Positions 42,005-56,157 of a DNA stretch of 64,000 nucleotides are shown here, piece after piece. The notes beneath the pieces were generated by a model that worked only from the letters and a program-made list of their open reading frames with translations, ran no database searches and was not told the DNA's origin. The first letter of the stretch is position 1. Every line of letters starts with the position of its first letter. Origin of the DNA: Octopus vulgaris (Eukaryota). Made by a program: the position numbers and the translations under genes. The stretch covers positions 40,486,001 to 40,550,000 of the forward strand of contig OX597839.1 of assembly GCA_951406725.2 (NCBI GenBank), read 5' to 3'.

Positions 42005-42031
42005 TTATTATTATTATTAGTATTATTATTA

Positions 42032-42150
<119 letters not shown>

Positions 42151-42177
42151 TTATTATTATTATTAGTATTATTATTA

Positions 42178-42223
<46 letters not shown>

Positions 42224-42256
42224 CATTATTATTATTATCATTATTATTATTATTAT

Positions 42257-42830
42257 TCCTTCGTAACACAGTGTAGGTAAAAATGCACCGTAGTCTTTAG
42301 TCATCTGTCAGATCACAACAAGGACCTCAGACAGATAATACTTTCCTTAAGATGTGCACTGTGCCCAATAAAGCTGCTTTTTGGAAGACATCAATCTTGC
42401 ATGGGATTTCCAGTTGCCTTAACGAATCGTTAAGTTTCAATGGGATTGAACCCAACGCTCCAATCACCACTGGTATCACTTTTACATTACCCTCTCACAT
42501 TCCATACAGTCTTGCCATTTCCACTTTCAATTCGCTGTACTTGGTCAATTTTTTCAACCTCTTTTCTCACAATATTCATGCCATTTGGTATGGCTACATC
42601 AATGATCTGACAGTATCTGTCTCTCTTATACAATATGACAATATCCGGCCGACGGTGTTCGATTTCACGAGCAGTTTGAAAATCATAGTCCCAGAGTCTC
42701 GTTAGTTTTCCATCCGCTTCCATAATCTTATTTGGTAGATGCTCATACCAGCTCTCTGTTATTTCATATTGGTATTTACAGCATAAGAGCCAATGAAGAT
42801 ACACATACACTTCATCGTGGCCGTGCTTAT
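42257..42830 (-). mobile_element. R4/Dong-type LINE 3' end with restriction-like endonuclease (lineage 2)
   Basis: HDEVYVYLHW…LWDYDFQTAREIEHRRPDIVI…IIDVAIP…EK, frameshift, then VIPVVIGALGSIP…QKAALLGTVHILRKVLSV*. PD..D motif present; (TAA)n on both sides. Confidence 0.92.
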
Positions 42831-42879
42831 ATTATTTTTGTGAAACGCTCTCATTATTATTATTATTATTATTATTACT

Positions 42880-43090
42880 TTTTTTTCTTCTTTCAAATTT
42901 TCTTCCATTTCTTGCCGAGTGTCTTCCCGACTCCTAGGGCAAAGAAACTCATAGTGTATATTGGTAGGCCATTAAACCAAACTCAGTAGTTCGTTCATTT
43001 TCTTTTTTTTTTCTTTTTTTAAGTTAAATTAAAATGCATGAGCAGCAACAGTTCTCACATCGACAATGCTCTTCTCAATACGTGTGATGT
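42880..43090 (-). mobile_element. R4/Dong-type LINE 3' end (lineage 3)
   Basis: Minus strand KIVLTGTSHVLRRALSM* plus a 3' UTR ending in (TAA)n. The same UTR occurs at 48176-48285. Confidence 0.78.
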
Positions 43091-43106
43091 ACCAGTTAAG
43101 ACAATC

Positions 43107-43156
<50 letters not shown>

Positions 43157-43194
43157 TTTATTACTATTATCATCATCATTATTATTATTATTAC

Positions 43195-43308
<114 letters not shown>

Positions 43309-43362
43309 TATCATCATCATTATTACTATTATCATCATAATTATTATTATTATTATTATTAC

Positions 43363-43396
<34 letters not shown>

Positions 43397-43403
43397 GTTG
43401 TTA

Positions 43404-43443
<40 letters not shown>

Positions 43444-43873
43444 CATTATTATTATTATTATAATTATCATTATTATTATTATTATTATCGCTCCTGCTTT
43501 TATCATTATTACTCTATATAGAATTAATGGGTCACAATAATTAGTAGGAACAAAGGTTCAGAAAATCCAATTAAGCCAAAACGACAGGTGCAATTTAATA
43601 GAAGGAAAATATGTTTTGCCAGATTGAGAACATGGAGGAATATTAAAAACAAAGTGAGCATCAGTGAGACAAAGAAATATTAAAGAATAAATCTAACACA
43701 TTTAATGAAACTATGAACATGTGTATCGCCATATACGTACATACATAAATACATACATCCATACATACAAACATACACGCATATACATAACGCTATATTC
43801 AAACATATATCTAAGTTGGTGTGTGGATAACATACCGTTTATATGTGCATATACGCGTGTTTATGTTTGTGCA

Positions 43874-43940
<67 letters not shown>

Positions 43941-44071
43941 GTGTCTGTCTGTGTGTTAGGTCAATCAAGACGAAAACAACACGATTTATTACGGAAATAT
44001 CAAAACAATTAAGTCTTGATTATAACAAGGAAAATATCATGTATGTGTTTATATACGTGTCTGACTGTACG

Positions 44072-44122
<51 letters not shown>

Positions 44123-44801
44123 ATGAACATATATGAAAATATACACATGAAAATATATACACATATATGTATATATATGCACACATACACACACACACAT
44201 ACAAGCATGAAAATATATGAAAATATACACATGAAAATATATATACATATATGTATATATAAGCACACATACACACACACACAAACACACACACACATAT
44301 TTGTCTGACTTTCAGCGTGTATTATATGGATATGAAAGAACGAGTGAGATATGAATGAAAAATATTTAGGAACGAAGAGGTCGTCATAGGGAGTGTGGGG
44401 GAGTGGAGAGGGGTGCAGAACTACAGCTGTAATGGCGTCGACAATAACATATCCGGTTTGTTTTAATTCTGTTCCTGGTCGTGGATAAAAGATGACGACG
44501 TTGTCAATCGAAAGAAAAACACATTCATTATGTCTCTATTATATTGCTTAATCAAACCAGTGGACATTTTGTAGACGCTATTATGTGCATGTACACGCAC
44601 ACGCGGTCTCACTCCCCTCCAAATACAAACAGCGTATTTCTATGTAAGCATACAATATATATTATGTATGAATATATATATATATAATGTATATTATATA
44701 TATATATATACTATGTAAATATAATTTTCCATTAATATTATCTATCGATTCATCTACCGGTAAAAAGCTCACACATACACACAAACACGCACACACACAC
44801 A

Positions 44802-44850
<49 letters not shown>

Positions 44851-45256
44851 GTATGTATGTATGTATGTATATGTATATATAATATATTTATATATATATG
44901 CATATGTATGTATGTAAGTATGCAAATATATATACAGTGCATATATTTTTTTAATATATCTGTATATTTATATATACATCTGTAGAAATATGCACATATA
45001 CATAGATTTATATATATGTATATGTCTATACATACACATATATATGCATATACGCATATACATACATATATATGTATATAAATGTTCGCAAATGACCGTT
45101 AGACTTTGTTTTCGTTATTTATTCCTTCTATTTTGCATGTGAATTATAGGGATATGTCGTATGTGGAGCCCCATTTGTAGAAAATGACTGCTATTTCTAA
45201 TTTTTTCGGTATGCGGCCAAGCAACCTGTTGCCTGTCCCTTTTATTTATATACAAT

Positions 45257-45553
45257 ATCACGTGATCACGTGACCGACCAGACCATCAGATGTAGTTACA
45301 CATCGCTGGTCACAATGCGTTCGCATTGTTTTAGCCTACGAATGACGCCACCCCGCTGGCTAAGCGAGCAGGCCGACAGAAGAAAGAGTGGGAGAAAGAG
45401 TGGTGAAATAGTACAGCAGGGATCACCACCCCCTCGTGGAGCTTTTAGGTGTTTTCGCTCAATAAACACTCACAACGCCCGGTCTGGGAATCGAAACCGC
45501 GATCCTGTGACCGCGAGTCCGCTGCCCTAACCACTAGGCCATTGCGCCTCCAC
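45257..45553 (-). mobile_element. SINE family C variant (same head, different tail)
   Basis: Head nearly identical to 10870-10986. The tail ACCAGACCATCAGATGT…GCTAAGCGAGCAGGCC also occurs alone at 12800-12912. Confidence 0.85.
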
Positions 45554-45554
45554 A

Positions 45555-45716
<162 letters not shown>

Positions 45717-45920
45717 AAATTGAGGTAATCAGATCAGATGGTTCATATTTGTAGATATTTATTTATATATTACATTTTTTACATATATATCATATCATTC
45801 GGATTAGCGCTTGCTCCCATTCTAGTGGGTTTTCAAATCAAATCAGTTGTGGGTAGTTTGAACCTTTTTATAGTTTCGTAGTAGTGGGTGAGGAGGAAGT
45901 GAGACAGAGAGAAAATATGT

Positions 45921-45988
<68 letters not shown>

Positions 45989-46196
45989 ATTTATATCTGA
46001 GAGTGAAGAAGTGTTATTTCCGTTGGTCTGCTGGACCCCCTGTGGTTTTATAAGAACTTTGGCTGTCCATTTCAATGTCACTGAGTGTGTGTTGTGCATA
46101 GGTTGGCCTGGCAAATGTCATTTGGGGTCACACTTTCTATGATCATTCTGTGGAGGTGTGTGTGTGTGTGTGTCTCTGTGTGTCTGTGTGTGTTTT

Positions 46197-46244
<48 letters not shown>

Positions 46245-46620
46245 TGTGTGTTTGGAGAAGGGGAGAGAGACAAAAAGAGAAAAGGGAAAATAAAAATAAT
46301 AATAATAAAAATAAAAAATTAAAAAATTAAAAAAATAAAATAAAATAAAAACAAAAAATAAAAAATAAAATAAAAAAATATAAAGAATAAATAGAAATAT
46401 AAAGAATAAAAAATAAAAAAATAAAAATAAAAATAAAAATAAAAATAAGGGAGGAAGTGGAGAAGAAAAAATATTTTTGTGTGTTGATATTTATACCAAC
46501 ACATATATATACACACACACAGACTTATACATAAAATATTTGAAAAAACCTTTTTATCGGTTCAAAATGAACAACCATCGCAGTTTATCATCCTTTAAAC
46601 TCCTGCACCATACCATGTAA

Positions 46621-46662
<42 letters not shown>

Positions 46663-46718
46663 GTATATATATATAGTGAATTATAAAGATAATAATATAA
46701 TATGATGTATATAACAGG

Positions 46719-46772
<54 letters not shown>

Positions 46773-46807
46773 ATTCTACAAAATTTTTTTTTGCCACCCT
46801 ATATTGA

Positions 46808-46845
<38 letters not shown>

Positions 46846-47624
46846 TACAATATATATACAATATATATACAATCTATATACAATATAGATATACTGAACT
46901 TTACAGAAGTTCCTACCGTTAATGGTTATATTTACATGCCGAAATCTACCAGGAAATAATTGTTGGTTTTTTTTTAAAACCATTAAAGAAATTATTTACT
47001 CTTATTATTATATATGTATATATAGACACAACGTCTGAAATTTTGGTGGACTAGGATAGTCGATTTTATCATCCCCAGTATTTAACTGGCACTTCTTTTA
47101 TCGGCCCCGAATGGATGAAAGAGGAATTTAAGCAGAGAACGTGAAGACTGGACGAAATGCTACTAAGTTTTGTCCAGCAATTTTGCTATTTTGTCCAACG
47201 ATTCTGTCGGCTTGCCGCCATTGTAATAACAATGAGTAGAAGGATACTTATAATAATGATTGTATCGAACGTCTCAATCTAACGAAAAAAAATCTATGAA
47301 CAAATATATTAATAAATAAACTCCCTCGGGGTCGGAATTGGAAATGGAAACAGAGCAAAACGAGAAATAAAACGTAAAGAAGACTTTTAAAAAAATACAA
47401 CCCAATTTCAAGACACGGTAGTTTTTGACGCCATTAAAAATTGAAATATTACTGCATATAATCTTCCTCTCTATCACGAACGAACGCTCATTTACACTCT
47501 CTCACTCATACACTGTCACACTCACACTCTCACCTATACCCCCCTCAGCTTTATTCCCCCACCTACACCACCATACCACCATCGCAGTTTATCATCCTTT
47601 AAACTCCTGCACCATACCATGTAA

Positions 47625-47668
<44 letters not shown>

Positions 47669-47719
47669 GTATATATATATATACATATATATACATATAT
47701 ATACATATATGTATATATG

Positions 47720-47753
<34 letters not shown>

Positions 47754-47769
47754 TCTATATCTATCTATC

Positions 47770-47800
<31 letters not shown>

Positions 47801-47848
47801 GTGTATGTATGTACGTATGTATGAATGAATGAATATGTCGAATCTAGC

Positions 47849-48119
47849 TGCCGAACCGCTAAGTAACGGGGACGTAAACACACCAGCATCGGTTGTCAAG
47901 CAATGCTAGGGGGACAAACACAGACACACAAACACACACATATATATACATATATACGACAGGCTTCTTTCAGTTTCCGTCTACCAAATCCACTCACAAG
48001 GCATTGGTCGGCCCGGGGCTATAGCAGAAGACACTCGCCCAAGATGCCACGCAGTGGGACTGAACCCGGAACCATGTGGTTGGTTAGCAAGCTACTTACC
48101 ACACAGCCACTCCTGCGCC
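47849..48119 (-). mobile_element. SINE family B lacking its 3' part
   Basis: Matches the family B head and middle. Confidence 0.9.
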
Positions 48120-48175
<56 letters not shown>

Positions 48176-48285
48176 TTTTTTCTTTCTTCTTTCAAATTTG
48201 CTTCCATTTCTTGCCGAGTGTCTTCCCGACTCCTAGGGCAAAGAAACTCATAGTATACATTGGTAGGCCATTAAACTAAACTCAA
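48176..48285 (-). mobile_element. R4/Dong lineage 3 3' UTR fragment adjoining (TAA)n
   Basis: Near-identical to 42882-42985. Confidence 0.78.
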
Positions 48286-48334
48286 TGTTGTTGTTGTTGA
48301 TGTTGTTGTTGCAGTGGTTATTGTAATAGTGCTC

Positions 48335-48405
<71 letters not shown>

Positions 48406-48406
48406 T

Positions 48407-48629
48407 AGGAGGTGAGCTGGAAGAATAGTTAATGCAGCTGGAGGTATTTCGCCCGTTGCTATCTTCTGACGACGAATTCCGCCAAGGTCGTATTTGCCTT
48501 TCATCCTTTCAGGGTCGATAAAGTAAGTACCAGTTAAACATTGGGGTTGATGTAATCGACACATCACCCTCCTGAAATAGCTGCCCTTTAGGCAAAATTC
48601 CATTATTATTATTATTATTATTATTATCA

Positions 48630-48714
<85 letters not shown>

Positions 48715-48937
48715 CATTATTATTATTATTATTTAGGAGGTGAGCTGGAAGAATAGTTAAGGCAGCTGGAGGTATTTCGCCCGTTGCTATCTTCTGACTA
48801 CGAATTCCGCCAAGGTCGTATTTGCCTTTCATCCTTTCAGGGTCGATAAAGTAAGTACCAGTTGGACATTGAGGCTGATGTAAATCGACACATCACCCTC
48901 CTGAAATGGCTGCCCTTGAGGCAAAATTTGAAGCCAT
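48407..48937 (+). mobile_element. Locally duplicated pair of diverged SINE A copies separated by (TTA)n
   Basis: Copies start at 48407 and 48735 and share private variants (GGTCGTATTTGCC and a deleted B-box region). Confidence 0.85.
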
Positions 48938-49007
48938 GATTATCATTATTATTGTTGTTGTTGTTGTTGTTGTTGTTATTATTATTATTAGTAGTAGTAG
49001 TAGTAGT

Positions 49008-49101
<94 letters not shown>

Positions 49102-49624
49102 CGTTCTGAGTTCAAATTCCGATAAGGTCGATTTTGCCATTCATCTTTTGCCTTCATCTTCTTCAGGACTTCTAACTATCGTAGAAATGATCATTATTGT
49201 TACTTCTCTCGTTGTTCTTGCTGCTGTTGTTGTACTTGTTAGAAGGCTAGAAAAAAATACATAGCGGCATTCTGTCCGTCTCTACGTTCTGGGTTCAATT
49301 TCCATCGAGGTTCAACGTTGCCTTTTAATCCTTTCTCGGTCGATAACATAAGTACCAGAAGCGCAGTAAGATTGATGAAATCGGCTAAGCCCCCGTTCTC
49401 AAAATTGGGGGCCTCGTGCCAAAATTGTAATAATAATAATAATGATTATTATTATTGTTGTTTATATTGTTGACGTTTTTGTCGATGTTGCTTCTCCTGT
49501 TGTTGATTATGTGTTTCTTGCGCTTGGTCCTACCTGAGGACTGATCCATTACACATAAAACACAAGAAATGTTTCACCTTTTCACCTTTCTTCTCCAGCC
49601 CACATTATTATCATCATTATCCTC

Positions 49625-49625
<1 letters not shown>

Positions 49626-49655
<30 letters not shown>

Positions 49656-49904
49656 CTTCTTCTTCTTCTTCTTCTTCTTCTTCTTCTTCTTCTTCTTCTT
49701 CTTCTTCTTCTTCTTCTTCTTCTTCTTCTTCTACTTCTTCTTCTTCTCCTCCTCCTCCTCCTCCTTCTTCTTCTCATTATGATGATGATGATCATCATCA
49801 TCATCGTCGTCGTCATCATTAACAGCAGCAGCTGCCATCGTTGGTATTATTATTATTATTATTATTATCATCATCATCATCATCATTATCATTATTATTA
49901 TTAT

Positions 49905-49971
<67 letters not shown>

Positions 49972-49991
49972 GGTGATGTAGTAGTAGTAGT

Positions 49992-50049
<58 letters not shown>

Positions 50050-50073
50050 GGTGGTAGTAGCAGTAGTAGTAGT

Positions 50074-50140
<67 letters not shown>
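49626..50140. repeat. Compound (CTT)n, (TTA)n, (TAG)n and (CAG)n microsatellites
   Basis: Read directly from the sequence. Confidence 0.95.
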
Positions 50141-50260
50141 TCATTATTGGTTTTTGTTGTGACAACGATAATAATACTCACGCTGGAGGTGTTTTCATCA
50201 CGGATAGGCACGAAGCGACACGCTCACACATATGCATATATGTGTATGTGTTGATTAATT

Positions 50261-50374
<114 letters not shown>

Positions 50375-50390
50375 ACAAATATTTATATAG

Positions 50391-50425
<35 letters not shown>

Positions 50426-50441
50426 TCATCGAGATATGTCG

Positions 50442-50526
<85 letters not shown>

Positions 50527-50542
50527 ACAAATATATATATAG

Positions 50543-50623
<81 letters not shown>

Positions 50624-50962
50624 ATACACAACCACAACAATATAATATATATACGAGCATATATGTATGTGTATGTGTAAATAAAATAGATTAAAGTAAA
50701 AATGAAAAAGCTAAACGTTTGGCATTACTTGGAAAAGATATTTAATTAAAGATGGAGAATATAAACACATAGTCTCTGACAGCTGTTTCTAGGAGAGCCA
50801 AGCAGGTAGCACTCAAAGAACCTACCGATTTCTTGGCGTCAGTTGACGAAAACTCTTGATATATCTTGTATATGTGTATATATAAATTTAGGTATATAGA
50901 TAGATATATCACATATATCACAGATGAATTTGGGTGTTTGTGTATATGTGTGTGTGTCTGTG

Positions 50963-51007
<45 letters not shown>

Positions 51008-51041
51008 GTCTGTCTGTCTGTCTGTCGGTCTGTCTGCTTGC

Positions 51042-51077
<36 letters not shown>

Positions 51078-51108
51078 ATATATATATATATATCTATCTC
51101 TCTCTATA

Positions 51109-51162
<54 letters not shown>

Positions 51163-51285
51163 TCTCTGTCTCTCTCTGTCTCTATCTATCTATTTATCTA
51201 TCTATCTATCTGTCTCTTTGTCTCTCTCTCTCTGTTTCTATCTATCTATCTGTCTGTCTGTATGTCTGTCTGTCTGCCTACCTAC

Positions 51286-51317
<32 letters not shown>

Positions 51318-51600
51318 ATATTTGTGTATAGCAACGGAAAAACAGAAGATGGAACATGCGAGAATTTATTATTTAACACGACAATTGTTTCGACACATCT
51401 AGCATCGATTTCTCTTGGGTGGGAGACTCAACAACTGGTTCAGGAGCATCCGGTGGTGCAGATGTATCTTGTGGGGTGATAAATAAATGCAACTCGTTAA
51501 AATGACTGTTCTGCAATGTAACATCTCGTTTTGTAGAAAGAAATGCAGCCCGACGGAAGAATATCTTCATTTATATAGAAAATCAAAAATAAAATCATAG

Positions 51601-51758
51601 AGGAGTGGCTGTGTGGTAAGTAGCTTGCTAACCAACCACATGGTTCCGGGTTCAGTCCCACTGCGTGGCATCTTGGGCAAGTGTCTTCTGCTATAGCCCC
51701 GGGCCGACCAATGCCTTGTGAGTGGATTTGGTAGACGGAAACTGAAAGAAGCCCGTTG

Positions 51759-51807
<49 letters not shown>

Positions 51808-52030
51808 ATGTGTTTGTGTGTCTGTGTTTGTCCCCCTAGCATTGCTTGACAACCGATGCTGGTGTGTATACGTCTCCGTAAATTAGCGGTTCGGCAAAAG
51901 AGACCGATAGAATAAGTACTGGGCTTACAAAGAATAAGTCCCGGGGTCGATTCGCTCGACTAAAGGTGGTGCTCCAGCATGGCCGCAGTCAAATGACTGA
52001 AACAAGTAAAAGAGTAAAAGAGTAAAAGAG
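51601..52030 (+). mobile_element. SINE family B, near full length
   Basis: Matches 19439-19874; (AAAAGAGT)n tail. Confidence 0.92.
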
Positions 52031-52107
52031 TATGACAAAAAGAGGAACCAACTCGCAATCGAGCGACAAAAGTATTAAATATAACCGTTAACAGATATGG
52101 ATGTATA

Positions 52108-52711
52108 TATTTCTTTACTGCCCACAAGGGCCTAAACATAGAGAGGACAAACAAGGACAGACAAAGGGATAAAGTCGATTACATCGACCCAAGAGTGAAA
52201 CTGGTACTTTATTTATCGACCCTGAAAGGATGAAAGGCAAAGTCGACCTGGTGAAATTTGAACTCAGAACGTAATGGCAGACGAAATACCTATTTCTATT
52301 TCTTTATTACCCTCAAGGGGCTAAACATAGAGGGGACAAACAAGGACAGACAAAGGGTGTAAGTCAATTACATCGACCCCAGTGTGAAACTGGTACTTAA
52401 TTTATCGACCCTGAAAGGATGAAAGGCAAAGTCGACCTCGGCGGAATTTGAACTCAGAACGTAATGGCAGACGAAATACCTATTTCTTTATTACCCACAA
52501 GGGGCTAAACACAGAGGGGACAAGCAAGGACAGACATAGGTATTAAGTCGATTACATCGACCGCAGTGCGTAACTGGTACTTAATTTATCGACCCTGAAA
52601 GGATGAAAGGCAAAGTCGACCTCGGCGGAATTTGAACTCGGAACGTAACGACAGACGAAATACCGCTAAGCATTTCGTCCGGCGTGCTAACGATTCTGCC
52701 AGCTCGCCGCC
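52108..52711 (-). mobile_element. SINE family A trimer flanked by one 17-bp TSD
   Basis: ACAGATATGGAT(G/A)TATA at 52091-52107 and 52715-52731; junctions at 52290/52291 and 52480/52481. Confidence 0.9.
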
Positions 52712-52848
52712 TTCACAGATATGGATATATAAACGCCCTCGGGCAAGCTGCATGACGTGAGTACGTTCATCCGCAAAAAATGTGAACATACGTACGTGTG
52801 CGGTTTGATGCACTATCGATCACAAATCGAGTTAGCTATCTAGTTGCT

Positions 52849-53039
52849 TAGCGGTATTTCGTCTGCCGCTACGTTCTGAGTTCAAATTCCGCCGAGGTCG
52901 ACTTTGCCTTTCATCCTTTCGGGGTCGATTAAATAAGTACCAGTTACGCACTGGGGTCGATATAATCGATTTAATCATCCGTTTGTCTGCCCATGTTTGT
53001 CCTCTCTGTGTTTAGCCCCTCGTGGGTAGTAAAGAAATA
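52849..53039 (+). mobile_element. 5'-truncated SINE A with 12-bp TSD
   Basis: TATCTAGTTGCT at 52837-52848 and 53040-53051. Confidence 0.9.
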
Positions 53040-53124
53040 TATCTAGTTGCTGTTTATAAGAATGGGGAGGTTAAAAGTAAACTTAAGTCAGCCATGTCTT
53101 AAAGTAAATTAAATTAACGGTAAC

Positions 53125-53560
53125 TCAAACTTCATTCTCACTGCATTGTGCGAAAGTACAGTTATATGCGTGCAGGCATCTCGAGAGTCGTTCAGAAATT
53201 CTATAAATGATCTTCTCGTTAGTTCACAGAATAGACAGGTATTCCTCGCAGTAGAGACGATATCTCCAGGAAATTATATTGTATGGTTTCGCGTACCCTA
53301 CTATGGACCAATTAATGCTGAACTCCATTTTATCTTCCTTCAGTCGCCATGCAAAGTCTGCAAAAATGTTGAATGTCTCTTATTGATTGTCTTAAAGCTG
53401 CTAATATGGTTATGGTAACGATTCTTAAATGAATCAGCCGTCTGCCCAATGTAAACATACCCCCACCCCCTTGTGTGCACAGTATAGTTATACACAATAT
53501 TTGTACTCATACAATGATTCATCAAAGGACACTTTGATTTTTCTCTGCATGAGCTAATTT
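53125..53560 (-). pseudogene. Penelope-like element GIY-YIG endonuclease remnant
   Basis: SCREKSKCPLMNHCMSTNIVYNYTV…YVYIGQTADSFKNRYHNHISSF…HST, frameshift, then WRLKEDKMEFSINWSIVGYAKPY…LYCEEYLSI. Cys-rich linker, VY/YIG, R and E positions match the PLE endonuclease. Confidence 0.88.
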
Positions 53561-54011
53561 GTTTTAGGCATGTGTGCATCATGTGCAGTATTATATACTT
53601 GTCCCCATCTCCTACGCGTGGCTCTGTTGTAACAGACGGAAGAAAAGGGGGCTGCACCAACGATCCATAACTACTCCTTTTCAGTTAAGCGAACAGAAGC
53701 AACGCAAAACGAAGCACCTTGTTCGAGGAAACGACTGCTCCTTGTCTCGATCCCACGACCATATGATCGCAAACTCAAAACTCTATCCACAAGTGCACTC
53801 ACTCCTTGTTTAAGGCCGACGTTACATGAACGCATGTGTACGTGCGTTAGTTCTGTGTTCGCTTGCTTTTTTTTATGTACGCATGTATATTTGACTATAT
53901 GTTATCTATATATTACAGGCAAATATAAAAAGGATTGTTGATGGAGAGATAGATAAGTAGACAGACAGACATTGCATACAGGCAGACAAATAGATAGACG
54001 GCGAGACGGAT

Positions 54012-54043
<32 letters not shown>

Positions 54044-54044
<1 letters not shown>

Positions 54045-54178
54045 ATTATAAATAAGGACAAAAAAATTCTTCTATGCCAATATGCTGAAAAATAGACCAT
54101 AGATCATCTAACGATTAGAGGTCTATTTTTTAGCATGTTGTCATAGAAATTTTTTTTCTTTTGTCCTTATTTACAATT
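54044..54178. repeat. ~135-bp imperfect foldback (MITE-like hairpin)
   Basis: AAATAAGGACAAAA…CTATGCCAATATGCTGAAAAATAGACC pairs with GGTCTATTTTTTAGCATGTTGTCATAG…TTTTGTCCTTATTT. Confidence 0.85.
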
Positions 54179-54267
54179 GTTTATGTTTTCACCTTGAAAG
54201 ATATTTTAATATGCTAACCACTGATAATTTTTTTTTGTTTTGAAAAATGTTATCCTTATATTAGAAA

Positions 54268-54349
<82 letters not shown>

Positions 54350-54375
54350 AGAGAGAGAGAGAGAGATAGAGAGAG

Positions 54376-54455
<80 letters not shown>

Positions 54456-55427
54456 GGACGGACGGACAGACAGACGGACAGACAGACAGACGGACGGACG
54501 GACAGACTGATAGATAGATAAATAGATAGTTAGATAAAGAGAGAGAGAGAGAGAGAGAGACAATTATAACAAAACTGGATAGATATATTATATGGACGGT
54601 CTTGCATGCAATATCTAAGATATGGCTGACGCGCCATTTTACGACTCGTATTCGTCGATTTTCAATTTTATGAGTTCACAGATAAGGAATATTGGAATGT
54701 CCATAAGAAACGGAAGAAAGTGTATAAATATATCGGTTTTGAGAATCTTGACAATAATCGTAAACTACTTCAATTGTATTAATGTCACAATTGCTTTTGT
54801 TGTTGTTAGAGGTCGTGGTGGTGGCAGTGGCAGTCGTGATGGTGGCGACGGTGATGTTGATGACGACGAGGGTCGTGATGATCAAGGCTGTGATAAGGAT
54901 GACAACGACGATAATGACAATGACGACGACGATTTTGAGGATGACGACTACCACGACGACCATGACAACCACGTGAGTTCGCTTCCTTCAATCAATTAAT
55001 GTACGTTATATTAACGTTATGTTAACGTCTGCGTGTCACAGACAGCTGTGATACATTGATTCAGTTTGAGAATGAGGTTGGGGATATAAGTGTCTGCGGA
55101 GTACTCAGCCTCGTAACTGGACCTTTGAATTATAAAAGCAAAGTAGTTTCCTCGGGCTTCAATCGAAGGTCCTGGTTTGACGTGCAGCTATAATATTATA
55201 ATACACATACTGGCGCAGAATGTGTGGGGACCAGGAGGGCTTGGAGACCCATGAACGCTTATCCCTCTATGTATGATATATGAAGAGAAAGGATATATAT
55301 CCTCTAGGCTATAGGATGTGATTTGAGGGTGATTTGGCTGGTGTTTCTAGTGGTTTTAGCAATTTTTAATCTACTTATTTTTACTTTTCTCGGGTCCTAA
55401 GACTTGGATTACAAGATTATTGAACAG

Positions 55428-55590
55428 AGGCGCAGGAATAGCTGCGTGGTAAATAAGCTTGTTTCCCAATCCCATGGTTCCGTGTTCAGTCTCACTACGT
55501 AGCACCTTGGTCAAATGTTTTCTACTATAGCCTGAAACCGATCAAATCCTTGTGAGTGGATTCGGTAGGCGGAAACAGAAATGAAACCCT
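55428..55590 (+). mobile_element. Diverged SINE family B head
   Basis: GGCGCAGGAATAGCTGCGTGG…GTTCAGTCTCACT…CCTTGTGAGTGGATT. Confidence 0.8.
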
Positions 55591-55591
55591 C

Positions 55592-55630
<39 letters not shown>

Positions 55631-55724
55631 ATTATCTATCTATCTAATTATCTATCTATCTGTCGGTCTGTCTGTTTGTCTGTCTGCCTGCCTGTCCGTC
55701 TGCCTATCAACGTATCTCTCTCTC

Positions 55725-55809
<85 letters not shown>

Positions 55810-55817
55810 AAATATAT

Positions 55818-55955
55818 AGTTGAAATTTATAGAAAAACAAAAGACGAAGACAGGTGTATGAACAACAAGCAAGTGTATTAGATTGACAATCAGGGAAAAT
55901 GAAAAATAGTATTTTACGTTTCGAGCCTACGCACTTCAACAGAAAGGAATAAGTG
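55818..55955 (-). repeat. Repeat family F with a minimal hammerhead-like motif
   Basis: Minus strand TTT CTGTTGA A GTGC-GTAG-GCTC GAAACGTA AAA. The tail is shared with 32998-33056 (+). Confidence 0.65.
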
Positions 55956-56069
55956 AAAATAAAGAGAGAGAATGATATATGTGTGTTCGTGTGTTTGTGT
56001 ATTTGTGGGTATGTATGTGAATATATGTGTGCGCGTGTATATATACATAAAAATATGTGTGTGTATATA

Positions 56070-56157
<88 letters not shown>

